Program-made: the position numbers and the translations under genes
Shown here: in pieces, positions 52,432 to 63,269 of the stretch
Numbering within the stretch: position 1 is the first letter of the stretch
Layout of the letters: the number at the start of each line of letters is the position of its first letter
The notes under the pieces: generated by a model
Databases searched by the model: none
The model's input: only the letters and a program-made list of their open reading frames with translations
What the model was told of the DNA's origin: nothing
DNA from: Candidatus Dormiibacterota bacterium
GTDB lineage: Bacteria > Patescibacteriota > Saccharimonadia > Saccharimonadales > UBA4665
Direction: 5' to 3'
DNA: 64,000 nt
Assembly (NCBI GenBank): GCA_035534895.1
Contig: DATLRC010000006.1
Coordinates: forward strand, 11,983-75,982

Positions 52432-55400
52432 TTAATCATCACTTTCAATTGTTTGTTCGGCCTCGGCCTTGTAACCCGTGCCAACTGGTATCTTACGACC
52501 AAGTATAACGTTCTCCTTGAGGCCAAACAGACGATCTATCTTGCCGCTTGTTGCGGCGCTAATTAGAACGCGAGTCGTGTCCTGGAAAGAGGCAGCACTT
52601 AAGAATGAGTCGGTGCTTAGCGAAGCTTTTGTTATGCCCAGTAATAATTGGTTGCATTTGGCAGGTTGTTTTCCCGAGGCAACTAGTAGCTCATTGGCCT
52701 CGGCGACAGCTAGTTTGCTGACAACGTCTCCAGTTACAAAATCACTATCTCCGGCTTCTTCTATTTGAACCCGTGAAAACATTTGACGAACGATTATCTC
52801 TAGGTGTTTGTCGGCTATGTTTTGGCCTTGAGCTACAAATATCTTCAGGATTTCGTTCATGATGTAGCGCTGAGTAGCTTCAACACCTTGTAAGCGCATC
52901 AAGTCTTGTAAATTGATGGAACCATTAGTCAATCGTTGTCCAGCAATAACCCGGTCTCCGTCTTTAACTACCAAGTGTTTAAAGCCTGGTATTTCGTAAC
53001 GCATAACACTTTGTTTGGTTGGTGTAATAACAGCCCCTTTACTGGTCAGCTCTAGTCGTCCGGACATTGGGGCAACCAAAGGCTCTGAGCCATCTTCTAG
53101 AGCAGCAATGACGTCACCGACCATGACGTCTGAGCCACTTGCAATTTGTGCCTTGCGTTCACCGAGACTAAGTTTAATTGTCTCCTTAGTGTCAGCTGTG
53201 ACTTGAACGATATAGTGGTCGCCCTCTTCCCAAGCGTTGACCAGACCAACAATATCACTATGATAAGCTTGGCCTTTAGGGGTGCGGACTTCAAACAATT
53301 CTTCAACACGATTCAGTCCCTGTGAGGTGTCATCAGCAATTACAGCACCCGAACGGTGCTTTGAGTCAAGAGAAAGTTGGGTACCGGGTTCACCAATACT
53401 CTGAGCGGCAATAACGCCGATAGGATGATGGTCAACAACCTTTTCGCCAGTCGCTGGGTCAAGACCGTAAGATTTCTGAGCTACACCTCGAACTGAAGTT
53501 GAACTTAGGGCGCTCATGATTCTAACTCCGTCAACTGATGTGTCAGAATCTATTTTCTCGGCAATTTCGTGAGTTATAATTTGTCCCTTTTTCGAATAAG
53601 TCGGGATGTTAACAGCCGTATAGCGTCCTTCTAGACGTGATCCATAGGAAACTCCTATTTCTTCAGCGTCTGCTCGGAGCATTGCGAATCCCGGATCGGT
53701 AGACGTGCTGTCGTCCTCAAGAGTGAAGACATCTTGGGCAACATCGACTAGGCGACGTGTTAGATAACCGGCATCAGCTGTCTTGAGAGCAATGTCTATC
53801 AGCGCTTTGCGTGTTCCACGTGTGCCAGTAAAGTATTCTAGGGGGTCAAGTCCATGGATGTATCCAGATTTGATGGGTAGCTCAATGGCGTTGCCGGCCG
53901 CATCTGAGAAAACGCCAAGCATGCCAACACACATTTTTAGTTGTGATATGTTACCTCGGGCTCCGGAGGTAATAGCAATGGCCATAGATGAATCTTGATC
54001 AACCATCTGACTAGCCAATAAGTCTAGAACTTGAGTTTCAATTTTAGTCCAGTTTTCGACAGTTAGGCGATAGCGTTCTTCTTCGGTAATGAAACCTTGC
54101 TCATACTGGCTGGAAATAGCCGCACTGCGAGTTTCTCCTTCATCAACTAGTGGCTCCATCCCCTCAATAGATGAAAAGTCACCCATGCCCATCGACAACC
54201 CAGATTGAGTGGCATAGTCAAAGCCAAGGTCTTTAAGATTATCGGCGATCAAAGCTGTTTGGTCTTGTCCGTAACGGGCATAGACGTCGGCCATGACTTT
54301 TTGGAGACGTTTTTTGGTCATTGTCTCGTCGTGGAATGGGAAATCTTCGGGAAAAGTTTCATTGAACAGAAAGCGACCTAGTGTTGTTTGGCGTATCTCA
54401 TTTCGGAAAGGTAGGCGAACGCTTGATTGGAGCTTGATGTGTCCAGCATCCAGGGCCATTATTGCTTCAGATAGGTCAGCGTAAGCTCTAACTTTCTTTT
54501 GGCTGACACCAGGACGATCGTATGTCAAGTAGTAACAACCTAGAACAATGTCTTGCTCAATATGGAGTATTGGTGAGCCGTCTGCTGGTTTTAGGAGGTT
54601 GTGATTAGCGGCCATAATCTCGCGGGCCTCATTTTGAGCATCATCCGATAGCGGCAGATGAACGGCCATTTGGTCACCATCAAAGTCAGCATTAAAGCCT
54701 TTACAAACTAGGGGATGAAGTTGGATGGCCCGTCCTTCGATTAAAACTGGTTGAAAAGCTTGGATACTTAAGCGGTGCAACGATGGGGCACGGTTAAGCA
54801 AGACATACTTGCCCTTGATAACCTCATCAAGTGCGTCCCAGACAACTGTTTCTCCAAGTTCGATCAAACGACCAGCACTACGGATATTGTGCGCGTGCTC
54901 CTCTGCAATTAACTCACCAATAACGAAAGGCTTGAAAAGTTCCAGAGCCATCATTTTAGGCAAACCACATTGATGAATTTTTAGTTCAGGTCCAGCCACA
55001 ATAACAGACCGACCAGAATAATCAACTCGCTTACCAAGAAGATTCTGGCGAAAACGACCTTGTTTTCCTTTCAACATATCGCTTAAGGACTTCAGTCGGC
55101 GGCGTTGGCCAGTGGCTGCAACTGCCCGTCCACTGCGAGCATTATTGTTATCGATCAGAGCATCGACTGCTTCTTGTAGCATTCGTTGTTCATTGCGACG
55201 AATTACTTCAGGAGCATTTAGTTCGATTAATTTTTTTAGTCGGTTGTTGCGATTGATGACTCGGCGGTAAAGGTCATTAAGGTCACTGGTTGCAAAACGT
55301 CCACCAGTTAGCTGGACCATTGGCCGAAGATCAGGGGGGATTACCGGCAAGACACTTACGCAGGTGCTACTTGGGCGAATACCGGCTCGATCCATGCTTT

Positions 55401-56250
55401 CCAAAAGTCTCAAGCGCTTCATGATTCGCTTCCGGCGTTGACCTTTTGCTTCCTCGGCTTCTGTAGTCAATGATTTAATTAATTGCTTTAGGTCAATGCC
55501 GTCTAATAGATCCTTGAGAGCAGCACTTCCCATGCCGACACTAATTAATCCGCGAACCTCGTCTGGCAAACTTCGATATTCAGTTTCACTGATCAGATTC
55601 AGCTTTTCAAGGGCTTTGAGTTGATCACGGAGCACTTCAAAGTCTTTGCTAACTTCTTCTGTCTCGTGGCTTTGCATTTCGGCAAGAGCCTTTAGATTGG
55701 CCTTGTCCTTAGCTGCCTCAGCTTCGTAACGGAGCTTGATAGCTTCCTTAGCAGCGGCAAACTCTGCTTCTTTATCTGCTAGAAGTTTCTCTTTTTTGGC
55801 GTTATCAACGTTCTTGATGATGTAGCTGGCAAAATAAGCCACCCGTTCCAAGTTTTTGACTGTCATACCAAGAAGCAAGCCCATGGCACTTGGTGTACCA
55901 CGCAAGAACCAAATATGGGCAACCGGTACAGCTAGACTGATATGGCCCATTCGTTCCCTTCGGACAATACTTCGTGTAACAAGTTCACCGTTTTTATCAA
56001 CTGCTGCTTCGCGTGAGCGAACTCCCTTATATTTAGCGTCATGAGGATTGATGTCTTTGACTGGGCCGAAGATTCGTTCACAAAATAAGCCATCACGTTC
56101 AGGCTTTTGAGTTCGGTAATTTATTGTTTCTGGTTTAGTCACTTCGCCGTAGCTCCAGTCGAGAATATCTTCTGGGCTGGCAACAGCCAATCGTACAGCA
56201 TCAAAATCAGCAATATCTGTTCCTTGTGTTGAATAACGTGAAGGTGTCAT
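52432..56250 (-). CDS. rpoC: DNA-directed RNA polymerase subunit beta'
   Basis: [12 protein letters not shown] catalytic motif. I set the start at the ATG at 56250, 1 nt after the rpoB stop. The ORF track extends 11 codons into rpoB. Confidence 0.97.
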   Translation of the reverse strand: MTPSRYSTQGTDIADFDAVRLAVASPEDILDWSYGEVTKPETINYRTQKPERDGLFCERIFGPVKDINPHDAKYKGVRSREAAVDKNGELVTRSIVRRERMGHISLAVPVAHIWFLRGTPSAMGLLLGMTVKNLERVAYFASYIIKNVDNAKKEKLLADKEAEFAAAKEAIKLRYEAEAAKDKANLKALAEMQSHETEEVSKDFEVLRDQLKALEKLNLISETEYRSLPDEVRGLISVGMGSAALKDLLDGIDLKQLIKSLTTEAEEAKGQRRKRIMKRLRLLESMDRAGIRPSSTCVSVLPVIPPDLRPMVQLTGGRFATSDLNDLYRRVINRNNRLKKLIELNAPEVIRRNEQRMLQEAVDALIDNNNARSGRAVAATGQRRRLKSLSDMLKGKQGRFRQNLLGKRVDYSGRSVIVAGPELKIHQCGLPKMMALELFKPFVIGELIAEEHAHNIRSAGRLIELGETVVWDALDEVIKGKYVLLNRAPSLHRLSIQAFQPVLIEGRAIQLHPLVCKGFNADFDGDQMAVHLPLSDDAQNEAREIMAANHNLLKPADGSPILHIEQDIVLGCYYLTYDRPGVSQKKVRAYADLSEAIMALDAGHIKLQSSVRLPFRNEIRQTTLGRFLFNETFPEDFPFHDETMTKKRLQKVMADVYARYGQDQTALIADNLKDLGFDYATQSGLSMGMGDFSSIEGMEPLVDEGETRSAAISSQYEQGFITEEERYRLTVENWTKIETQVLDLLASQMVDQDSSMAIAITSGARGNISQLKMCVGMLGVFSDAAGNAIELPIKSGYIHGLDPLEYFTGTRGTRKALIDIALKTADAGYLTRRLVDVAQDVFTLEDDSTSTDPGFAMLRADAEEIGVSYGSRLEGRYTAVNIPTYSKKGQIITHEIAEKIDSDTSVDGVRIMSALSSTSVRGVAQKSYGLDPATGEKVVDHHPIGVIAAQSIGEPGTQLSLDSKHRSGAVIADDTSQGLNRVEELFEVRTPKGQAYHSDIVGLVNAWEEGDHYIVQVTADTKETIKLSLGERKAQIASGSDVMVGDVIAALEDGSEPLVAPMSGRLELTSKGAVITPTKQSVMRYEIPGFKHLVVKDGDRVIAGQRLTNGSINLQDLMRLQGVEATQRYIMNEILKIFVAQGQNIADKHLEIIVRQMFSRVQIEEAGDSDFVTGDVVSKLAVAEANELLVASGKQPAKCNQLLLGITKASLSTDSFLSAASFQDTTRVLISAATSGKIDRLFGLKENVILGRKIPVGTGYKAEAEQTIESDD

Positions 56251-56251
56251 T

Positions 56252-59200
56252 TTATGCTGCCTCCTCTTCCTTAATTTGATCATCAGCGGCTGTTACTAGA
56301 GCACTATTGTCATCAGTTAGATTAAGATCATCGTCCAGAGACATAATCGTGAACTCATCAGCTACGGCTTCTTCTGTTACATCAACTTCGGAGGCCGAGG
56401 CTTGAGGTACTTCAACGGCCACTGGATGAGTCGCTTCTTCATGGATGTTGGTAGCCAAAACGTTCTCTGCATCAATCACTTTGTTGGATTGGACAAGGTC
56501 AACTTTAAGGCACAAGCCCTGAAGTTCTTTAACTAGAACATTGAAGCTTTCAGGGACTTTAGGACCAACAATTTCGGTACGTTTGATAATTGATTCGTAG
56601 GCCTTACTGCGACCGTAGACATCATCGGACTTGATGGTCAGCATTTCTTGCAGGGTGCTAGCAGCACCGTAAGCTTCTAGTGCCCAGACCTCCATCTCAC
56701 CGAAACGTTGGCCTCCATTTTGGGCTTTACCGCCCAGTGGTTGTTGAGTGACCATGGTGTAGGGGCCTGTCGAGCGAGCGTGTATTTTGTCGGCTACCAT
56801 ATGGTTTAGCTTGATCATATACATACTTCCGACTGTCGTCCGCTCCATAAAGGCATCGCCATTACGCCCATCATAAAGTTGTTGCTTACCGTCTTCTGGC
56901 AGGCCGGCTTCCTTAAGTAATTGACGAATTTTTGCCTCTGGCACGCCATTGAATGACGGGCTGGCAACCTGCATACCAAGAGCTCGAGCAGCCATTCCAA
57001 GGTGAGTTTCAAATAATTGGCCAATGTTCATTCGTGAAGGAACGCCTAAGGGATTCAAGATAATGTCAACTGGCGTACCGTCAGCCATAAACGGCATATC
57101 TTCAACGGCTAGTATCCGCGCTATGACACCCTTATTTCCATGTCGTCCACCTAGTTTATCGCCAACAGCAATCTTACGCATTTGGGCCACAAAAACCTGG
57201 ATTTGCATTAGTACGCCCGCTTTAAGTTCATGACCATTTTCTCGGCTAAAGACTTTTACGCCTACCACTTTACCGTGTTTACCGTTACTCATACGCTGTG
57301 AGGTGTCTCTGACTTCTTTGGCCTTTTCACCAAATATGGCTCTCAGCAAGCGTTCTTCGCTGGAAAGCTCTTGTTCTCCCTTTGGAGTAATTTTTCCGAC
57401 AAGAATGTCTCCGGGGTGAACTTCGGCACCAATCCGCACAATGCCGTCCTCATCTAGATGTCTAAGTGTTTCTTCTGAAACATTAGGTATGTCACTGGTT
57501 ACAATTTCTGGCCCCAGTTTTGTTTCTCGAACCTCGATCATGAAGTCAACAATATGAACACTGGTCAAGGTGTCGTCTTCAACCAGTTTGCGCGAAATAA
57601 TGATAGCGTCTTCAAAGTTATAGCCGGCCCATGGCATAAAAGCGACAATTAGATCCTTACCCAGAGCTAGCTCGCCGCCCGAGATAGACATTCCTTCGAT
57701 CAATACATCGCCAGCTTTGACTTTATCCCCTGTGTTAACGACCACTTTTTGATTGATTCCGGTACCTTCGTTGCTGCGTACAAAATGCTGTGGTTGATAA
57801 CTGGCCTTAGAATCTTTATAGAGGACAATGACTTCTTGGGCTGATGCCTTAAGCACTTCGCCTGGCCCTTCGGCCAATATAACCTGACCAGTGTTACGCG
57901 CAGCAACTGACTCTAGGCCGGTACCAACGATTGGTGCCGACGGTTGAATCAAGGGAACTGCCTGGCGTTGCTGGTTACTGCCCATTAGTGAACGGTAAAC
58001 GTAATTTTTCTCTATAAAAGGGATCAGTCCGGCGGAAGAACCAATAATCTGGTTGCGTGCTGCATCCATATAGGTCACGTCATTGGCATCAACTTCGCCG
58101 GTTTTTAATTTGAAGCGAGCGCTGACACGTTCGTTGATAAAGTAACCGTTTTCATCAAGCTGGTTACCACCACCGGCGATGACTGCTGACTCTTCTTCAT
58201 AGGCGTCAAGGTAAACTATATCAGCTGTTACCTTTGACTTTACGGGCCAAGTTACCTGTGAGCTGACTCGAGCTAGTTTTTGAGCATCGGCCGAGCTTAT
58301 TTTCTTGCCTGCACCGACAATAACTTTACCTTTTTCGTCTTCTAGGTCTACAGCTGCTATGTATCCGGTTGATTCCTTTGCAGTTACGGCATTAATAACC
58401 TTACGGTATGGTGTTTCAATAAAACCGTAATCATTAACTCTGGCATAATTTGCAAGATTTAGAACTAGGCCAATATTGGCTCCTTCTGGGGTTTCAACTG
58501 CACATATCCGTCCGTAGTGGGTGGCATGGGCATCGCGGACTTCAAAACCGGCACGTTCTCTAGACAGACCACCAGGCCCCATTGAACTTAAACGACGCTT
58601 GTGAGCCAGCTCACTGAGTGGGTTAATCTGGTCCATGAATTGTGATAACTGAGAACTGGCAAAGAATTCACGAACAGCAGCAACGATGGGACGGGCATTA
58701 ATTAACTGACCCGGTTGGACAGTCTCTATTTCAGACATTGACATCCGGTCTTTGGTATTGCGCTCCATACGTAGCAGCCCGATTCGAAATTGACGCTGTA
58801 CTAGTTCACCAACTAATTTGACTCTTCGGTTAGCCAGAGAATCAATGTCATCAGCTGGTTCTTGGGTGTTATTAAGGCGAATTATTTCGGCGATAATAGC
58901 TTCTAGATCTTCTAGTCTAAGAACTCTGTTTTCGATAGTGTTAGCTACATCGAGATCTAGTCGTTTGTTAATTTTGTAACGTCCGACACGACTGAAATCG
59001 AAGCGTTTATAGTTATAGAACATATTTTCGATAAGTGATCGAGCATTGTCAACCGTTGCCAGGTCACCAGGGCGCAAACGACGATATACCTCAATAAGTG
59101 CTTCATTTTGACCTCGACTTGGGTCTTTTAGTAGTGTCGCATCCAAGTAATTAAGCTTACCGCTGTCGACATGCTTGAATGCCTCGCGCATCCCAGTTTC

Positions 59201-59812
59201 GGTTACCCCTAGGGCCCTGAGTAGAGTGGTTACGGCAATTTTTCGCTTTCGATCAATTTTAACGTACAGCGCACCATTGGCTGCAGTATCGAATTCCAAC
59301 CAGGCACCACGACCAGGAATAACTTTGGCACCATAGAGATAGGTTGAGCCATGCTGCTCGGAGGTAAAAAAGACACCAGCAGAGCGTATGAGCTGAGAAA
59401 CAACCACCCGTTCAGCACCATTTATTACGAAAGTACCTCGGCTGGTCATATATGGATAGTCGCCAAGATAGATCTCTTGCTCTTTAATCTCACCAGTAAC
59501 CTTATTAATTAGTTCAACATTTGCTTTAAGGGGTGCTTCGTAGGAAACATTGTTTTCACGAGCCTGATGTTCGCTAAGTTTGGGACTTTCAAAGTGATAA
59601 TCTTTAAAGTTAAGTGATAACTTTGCGCCGGTATAATCGTCAATCGGGCTAATTTCAGCCAATAGTTCGCCCAGGCCCTCTTCAATAAACCATTGAAAAG
59701 ATTTGTTCTGATGATCAACTAGACTCGGCAGATCTAGAACGCTGTCATCGGCTGTAAAAAAAACACGTTGAGATTTGTTAGTGGTATTCGTCTTCGTCAT
59801 ATGGACTATCAA
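56252..59812 (-). CDS. rpoB: DNA-directed RNA polymerase subunit beta (acidic C-terminal tail)
   Basis: Canonical beta-subunit motifs (GRHGNKGVI, NGGQRFGEMEVWALEAYGA). The start is ambiguous between the TTG at 59812 and the ATG at 59800. Confidence 0.96.
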   Translation of the reverse strand: MIVHMTKTNTTNKSQRVFFTADDSVLDLPSLVDHQNKSFQWFIEEGLGELLAEISPIDDYTGAKLSLNFKDYHFESPKLSEHQARENNVSYEAPLKANVELINKVTGEIKEQEIYLGDYPYMTSRGTFVINGAERVVVSQLIRSAGVFFTSEQHGSTYLYGAKVIPGRGAWLEFDTAANGALYVKIDRKRKIAVTTLLRALGVTETGMREAFKHVDSGKLNYLDATLLKDPSRGQNEALIEVYRRLRPGDLATVDNARSLIENMFYNYKRFDFSRVGRYKINKRLDLDVANTIENRVLRLEDLEAIIAEIIRLNNTQEPADDIDSLANRRVKLVGELVQRQFRIGLLRMERNTKDRMSMSEIETVQPGQLINARPIVAAVREFFASSQLSQFMDQINPLSELAHKRRLSSMGPGGLSRERAGFEVRDAHATHYGRICAVETPEGANIGLVLNLANYARVNDYGFIETPYRKVINAVTAKESTGYIAAVDLEDEKGKVIVGAGKKISSADAQKLARVSSQVTWPVKSKVTADIVYLDAYEEESAVIAGGGNQLDENGYFINERVSARFKLKTGEVDANDVTYMDAARNQIIGSSAGLIPFIEKNYVYRSLMGSNQQRQAVPLIQPSAPIVGTGLESVAARNTGQVILAEGPGEVLKASAQEVIVLYKDSKASYQPQHFVRSNEGTGINQKVVVNTGDKVKAGDVLIEGMSISGGELALGKDLIVAFMPWAGYNFEDAIIISRKLVEDDTLTSVHIVDFMIEVRETKLGPEIVTSDIPNVSEETLRHLDEDGIVRIGAEVHPGDILVGKITPKGEQELSSEERLLRAIFGEKAKEVRDTSQRMSNGKHGKVVGVKVFSRENGHELKAGVLMQIQVFVAQMRKIAVGDKLGGRHGNKGVIARILAVEDMPFMADGTPVDIILNPLGVPSRMNIGQLFETHLGMAARALGMQVASPSFNGVPEAKIRQLLKEAGLPEDGKQQLYDGRNGDAFMERTTVGSMYMIKLNHMVADKIHARSTGPYTMVTQQPLGGKAQNGGQRFGEMEVWALEAYGAASTLQEMLTIKSDDVYGRSKAYESIIKRTEIVGPKVPESFNVLVKELQGLCLKVDLVQSNKVIDAENVLATNIHEEATHPVAVEVPQASASEVDVTEEAVADEFTIMSLDDDLNLTDDNSALVTAADDQIKEEEAA

Positions 59813-60029
59813 TCGCCCCCTGTAAATTAATAAGTAGTAAGCTTGTTGCTAACCTAAAAGTAGCGCTTTCAGTCAAAATCGACTGTCGCAATATTTATTT
59901 TATTGTTATGACTTCGGCGAAGTTAACTAAGCTGGATATTTTGGGTGCTTATTTTAAAACACAGCACTGCCACGCTTACACTGCTTCTTATTTATTAGTT
60001 TGGAGTAATGAGCCAGACTTGTCAATAGC

Positions 60030-60761
60030 TTATTGACGTTTTAATCCAGCCTTGGCAGATTCAACGGCTGATTTTGTCTCAGGTGGCTCAATAATTCTCT
60101 CAATAATTTTTCCGGCCACACCAACCAAGCGTAACTGCTGAGTGCCTTTTTTGCTGTCAAAAGGATAAACCGTTTCAAGTGTTGTGTCCCTAAAAGCAAA
60201 TTGTTCTCTTAGACTGCCAAATATATGCGGCAGCAGTCTCGGCCATACATAAGCTGTAACCGGCTGTTTGGGATGACGCTCGGCAAGAGATAAATAACCT
60301 AAGACATGTGCAATACCCTGTTGCCTGAGATCAGGGTGAACGGCAATCTCACGCTGCCAAGCGTATTTTCTTGATCCTATCTTAGGCAGAGGTAGACTTG
60401 GTGGAGTGTGCATTTTTAACCAGCGGGTCGATGGTTTGTGGCCTGACGTGTTATCAGCACTGTATAAATAGCCGACAGGCTCATTACCTTCGTATGCCAG
60501 AGTGACAAGTAAATTCTGGAAGTTTCCGGGGTGCAAGTCGCCCTTTTGGACTGCCACTTGAGGATTAAGTCTTGATTCCCGAAAATAGTCTGGTTCAGCC
60601 CAGTTAGTCAAGCGATTGACTCCTCTTAAACCAACTTTAAAAGCCAAGTCAGCTGTAAAAGCATCACGCATTAGACCTTGGACAGCTCGCCACTCGTCTT
60701 CACCAAGAGCCTCGGGAGGTACTACTCGCCAGCTTAGCTGTTCGTTTTTAGGCTCAGACAT
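60030..60761 (-). CDS. GNAT-family N-acetyltransferase-like protein
   Basis: An acetyl-CoA-binding-like motif, REIAVHPDLRQQGIAHVLG. The remainder is unassigned. Confidence 0.55.
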   Translation of the reverse strand: MSEPKNEQLSWRVVPPEALGEDEWRAVQGLMRDAFTADLAFKVGLRGVNRLTNWAEPDYFRESRLNPQVAVQKGDLHPGNFQNLLVTLAYEGNEPVGYLYSADNTSGHKPSTRWLKMHTPPSLPLPKIGSRKYAWQREIAVHPDLRQQGIAHVLGYLSLAERHPKQPVTAYVWPRLLPHIFGSLREQFAFRDTTLETVYPFDSKKGTQQLRLVGVAGKIIERIIEPPETKSAVESAKAGLKRQ

Positions 60762-60762
60762 A

Positions 60763-61425
60763 TTAGTTAGTTTTCAGTCTTTTAGGATTAGTGATAACTT
60801 CATCAACCAGTCCGTACTTTTTGGCAGCTTCAGCAGTCATCCAATAGTCTCTCTCCATATCGTTTTTTATTCTGGCTACAGTCTGCCCTGTATTAATGGC
60901 CATGATTTCATTAAGTCGTTGTTTAACGCGCAAGCTTTCCTTGAGGTCTATTTCCATATCAGTCACTTTGCCACGAGTACCACTTGATGGCTGGTGAATC
61001 ATGACTGATGCATTTGGTAATATGTAACGTTTGCCACGTGCACCAGAACATAATAGGAAAGCTGCTGCAGAAGCTTGAACACCAATACCAACAGTTTGAA
61101 TGTCGTTAGTCACGTACTGCATGGTGTCGTAAATGGCTAGGGCATCATATACGCTACCACCGGGACTATTAATATAAAAATAGATATCTTTGTGAGCATC
61201 CTCGGCTTGTAAAAAAAGCAACTGAGCCACAACTAGATTAGCAGTTGCTTCATTGACATCAGAACCTAGAAAAACTATTCGGTCTTTGAGCAGGCGAGAG
61301 TAAATGTCATAAGCTCTTTCGTAACGACCTTCCTGTTCGATAACAGTCGGGACAAGGACTTGATCTGTAGATTTATGAAACATATCGTTCATCACAATCA
61401 ACATCATACTTCGTTTGGCACTCAC
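60763..61425 (-). CDS. clpP: ATP-dependent Clp protease proteolytic subunit
   Basis: Catalytic-triad contexts GVQASAAAF (Ser), MIHQP (His) and ERDYWM (Asp). The ORF-track start is a GTG, so the true start may be one of the downstream ATGs. Confidence 0.93.
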   Translation of the reverse strand: MSAKRSMMLIVMNDMFHKSTDQVLVPTVIEQEGRYERAYDIYSRLLKDRIVFLGSDVNEATANLVVAQLLFLQAEDAHKDIYFYINSPGGSVYDALAIYDTMQYVTNDIQTVGIGVQASAAAFLLCSGARGKRYILPNASVMIHQPSSGTRGKVTDMEIDLKESLRVKQRLNEIMAINTGQTVARIKNDMERDYWMTAEAAKKYGLVDEVITNPKRLKTN

Positions 61426-61478
61426 AAGTCAAGAGTGCTAATAATCGATTCACTTGGCTTTCTTTTAAAGAACAAGAC

Positions 61479-62771
61479 CTATTTTGAAGTAGCGTAGTTG
61501 CTCAGCCTTTGAATCGTCTTTTCGCTGAGTAATCGAGAGGCAATAGTACGGACATTGTCTGGTTTATCAAGTTCGGCAAGCATGGCTTTGTCCTGATACT
61601 GACTTTTGAGTGATTGGAGTTGAAGTTCTAGTTCTTCAGAGCTAACCTTTATTGATTCAATCTCAGCTATTTCGCTAAGCAGCAAGCCAGCTTTGACCCT
61701 AAGCTCTGCAGATTTTTGCTTCTGTTGATGATGCTCTTCTTGGGTGACTCCTTCCTCGGCTAAGTGCTCGTCCCAAGTTTGGCCCCGATAGGCTAAGTTT
61801 TGACGCTCTTCAGCTTCCATTGCCTCAACTTCTTGATCAATAAGTGACCTCGGAATTGCAACCTCCGATTTAGCCGTTATTGTTTCTAATAATTGGCTCT
61901 GGTAGTCTCGATCAATCTGCTGCTGATTTTGTTGAGTTACCTGCCGCCCAATGTCAGAGCGTAAATCATCTATTGTCTTAAATGGACCGACTTTAGTTGC
62001 AAAAGCTTTGTTCAGTTCGGGTTTTGAAAGTTTATAGATCTTCAAAACGTTGACCGTAAAACTGACCTCTCGGTTTTGGAGATTTTTTAAGCCATAGTCC
62101 TTAGGGAAAACTAGTTTAAACTCTTTCGTTGCACCAGGTTTAAGGCCAATTAACTGCTTCTCAAAGCCAGGGATAAAGTTATTGCTGCCAAGCAAAAGTG
62201 GGTAATCCTTGCCATCGGCACCGTTAACCTGTTGTTTAGTTTTAGGATCAGTACCTTTAAAGTCAATTATTAACTCATCGCCTAATGCGGCTGGTCTTTG
62301 GACTTCTTGTTTTTCGGCAAAGCGTGTCTTCAAGTCTTCTAAGACGGCCACAATTTCTTTTTCGGTAACTCGGGCCAACGGCTTAGTCAACTTTGTTTTC
62401 TTATAGTCTGGTAGCTTAATTGTTCCGACTGCCTCAACTTCTGCGCTCAGTTCAAGTGTTGTAAAGGGGACGAACTTTGTGATAGAAACCTTGGGCTGTT
62501 CAACCGGACGCATCTTAAGTTCGCTAATGGCATCGACATATAAACGACTGACGGCTTGTTCAAGGAACTCAGACTGTAAACGGTTTTGGTCAACGTTTTT
62601 TTCGACCAAGTTAAGAGGTGCCTTGCCGGACCTAAATCCTGGCAGTTTAAGGTTTTGACTACCGATCTGTGTAAGTAGGCGTTGCTTTATTTCTTCTAGT
62701 TGCTTTATGTCTGCAACTAGTTTTAGCTTAAATGTCGTTGGTCCCAGAGACTCTTTAATGGTTTGCATCAA
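61479..62771 (-). CDS. tig: Trigger factor
   Basis: N-terminal ribosome-binding motif PGFRSGKAP and a central FKBP-like domain. tig-clpP synteny. Confidence 0.92.
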   Translation of the reverse strand: MMQTIKESLGPTTFKLKLVADIKQLEEIKQRLLTQIGSQNLKLPGFRSGKAPLNLVEKNVDQNRLQSEFLEQAVSRLYVDAISELKMRPVEQPKVSITKFVPFTTLELSAEVEAVGTIKLPDYKKTKLTKPLARVTEKEIVAVLEDLKTRFAEKQEVQRPAALGDELIIDFKGTDPKTKQQVNGADGKDYPLLLGSNNFIPGFEKQLIGLKPGATKEFKLVFPKDYGLKNLQNREVSFTVNVLKIYKLSKPELNKAFATKVGPFKTIDDLRSDIGRQVTQQNQQQIDRDYQSQLLETITAKSEVAIPRSLIDQEVEAMEAEERQNLAYRGQTWDEHLAEEGVTQEEHHQQKQKSAELRVKAGLLLSEIAEIESIKVSSEELELQLQSLKSQYQDKAMLAELDKPDNVRTIASRLLSEKTIQRLSNYATSK

Positions 62772-62810
62772 GTGGCTAGTGTAGCAGCTGTGTTCGTCCT
62801 TTGCCAGAAT

Positions 62811-63269
62811 TTATCTGAAGAACGGTTGCAGTAAAAGTAGCATTGCCAATAGCCAAGCTGCTTCGACAACAATTCCGATCGGTCGCTCAAACCACTGTAT
62901 GGCTGATGCGAAGAGAGCCAGGCCGCTTGGTTTGGTTAACTTTCGGTGAGCCAAGGCATTACGAAAACGGCCAATAGACAATAGGTCGGGAGATGTCCCC
63001 AGAAAAGCACAACTAGCGGCTAGGAACCAATGATCAGGCCGAAGACCGTAAAGGACGGCAACTAGAGCCAGACACAGCAATATATCTACTGTCAGTATTG
63101 TTTTAAAGATGGGAGATCTTAGCCAGGTAGCATTGTTTGGCTGTTTACCGAAATGCGGCAGAGCGTCTAGGCCAAAATGAGAAATCAATGCCAACGGTAA
63201 GGCAATCAAGGGATTAGCTATGGTCAACCCAATCAAGGCGCCGGTTAAAGCATGATTAGTGGCTGTCAT
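62811..63269 (-). CDS. YdjM/DUF457-like membrane-bound metal-dependent hydrolase
   Basis: MTATNHALTGALIGL N-terminus and 4-5 hydrophobic helices with conserved His residues. I preferred the ATG at 63269 over the GTG at 63305. Confidence 0.5.
   Translation of the reverse strand: MTATNHALTGALIGLTIANPLIALPLALISHFGLDALPHFGKQPNNATWLRSPIFKTILTVDILLCLALVAVLYGLRPDHWFLAASCAFLGTSPDLLSIGRFRNALAHRKLTKPSGLALFASAIQWFERPIGIVVEAAWLLAMLLLLQPFFR

Noticed and set aside
52326-52526. A 66-aa minus-strand ORF spanning the rpoC 3' end and the rpoC-rpsL spacer.
   Set aside because: It overlaps the rpoC coding end in another frame, has no Shine-Dalgarno or coupling geometry, and has an Arg/Leu-rich product. It does not follow the pattern of the other inserted ORFs.
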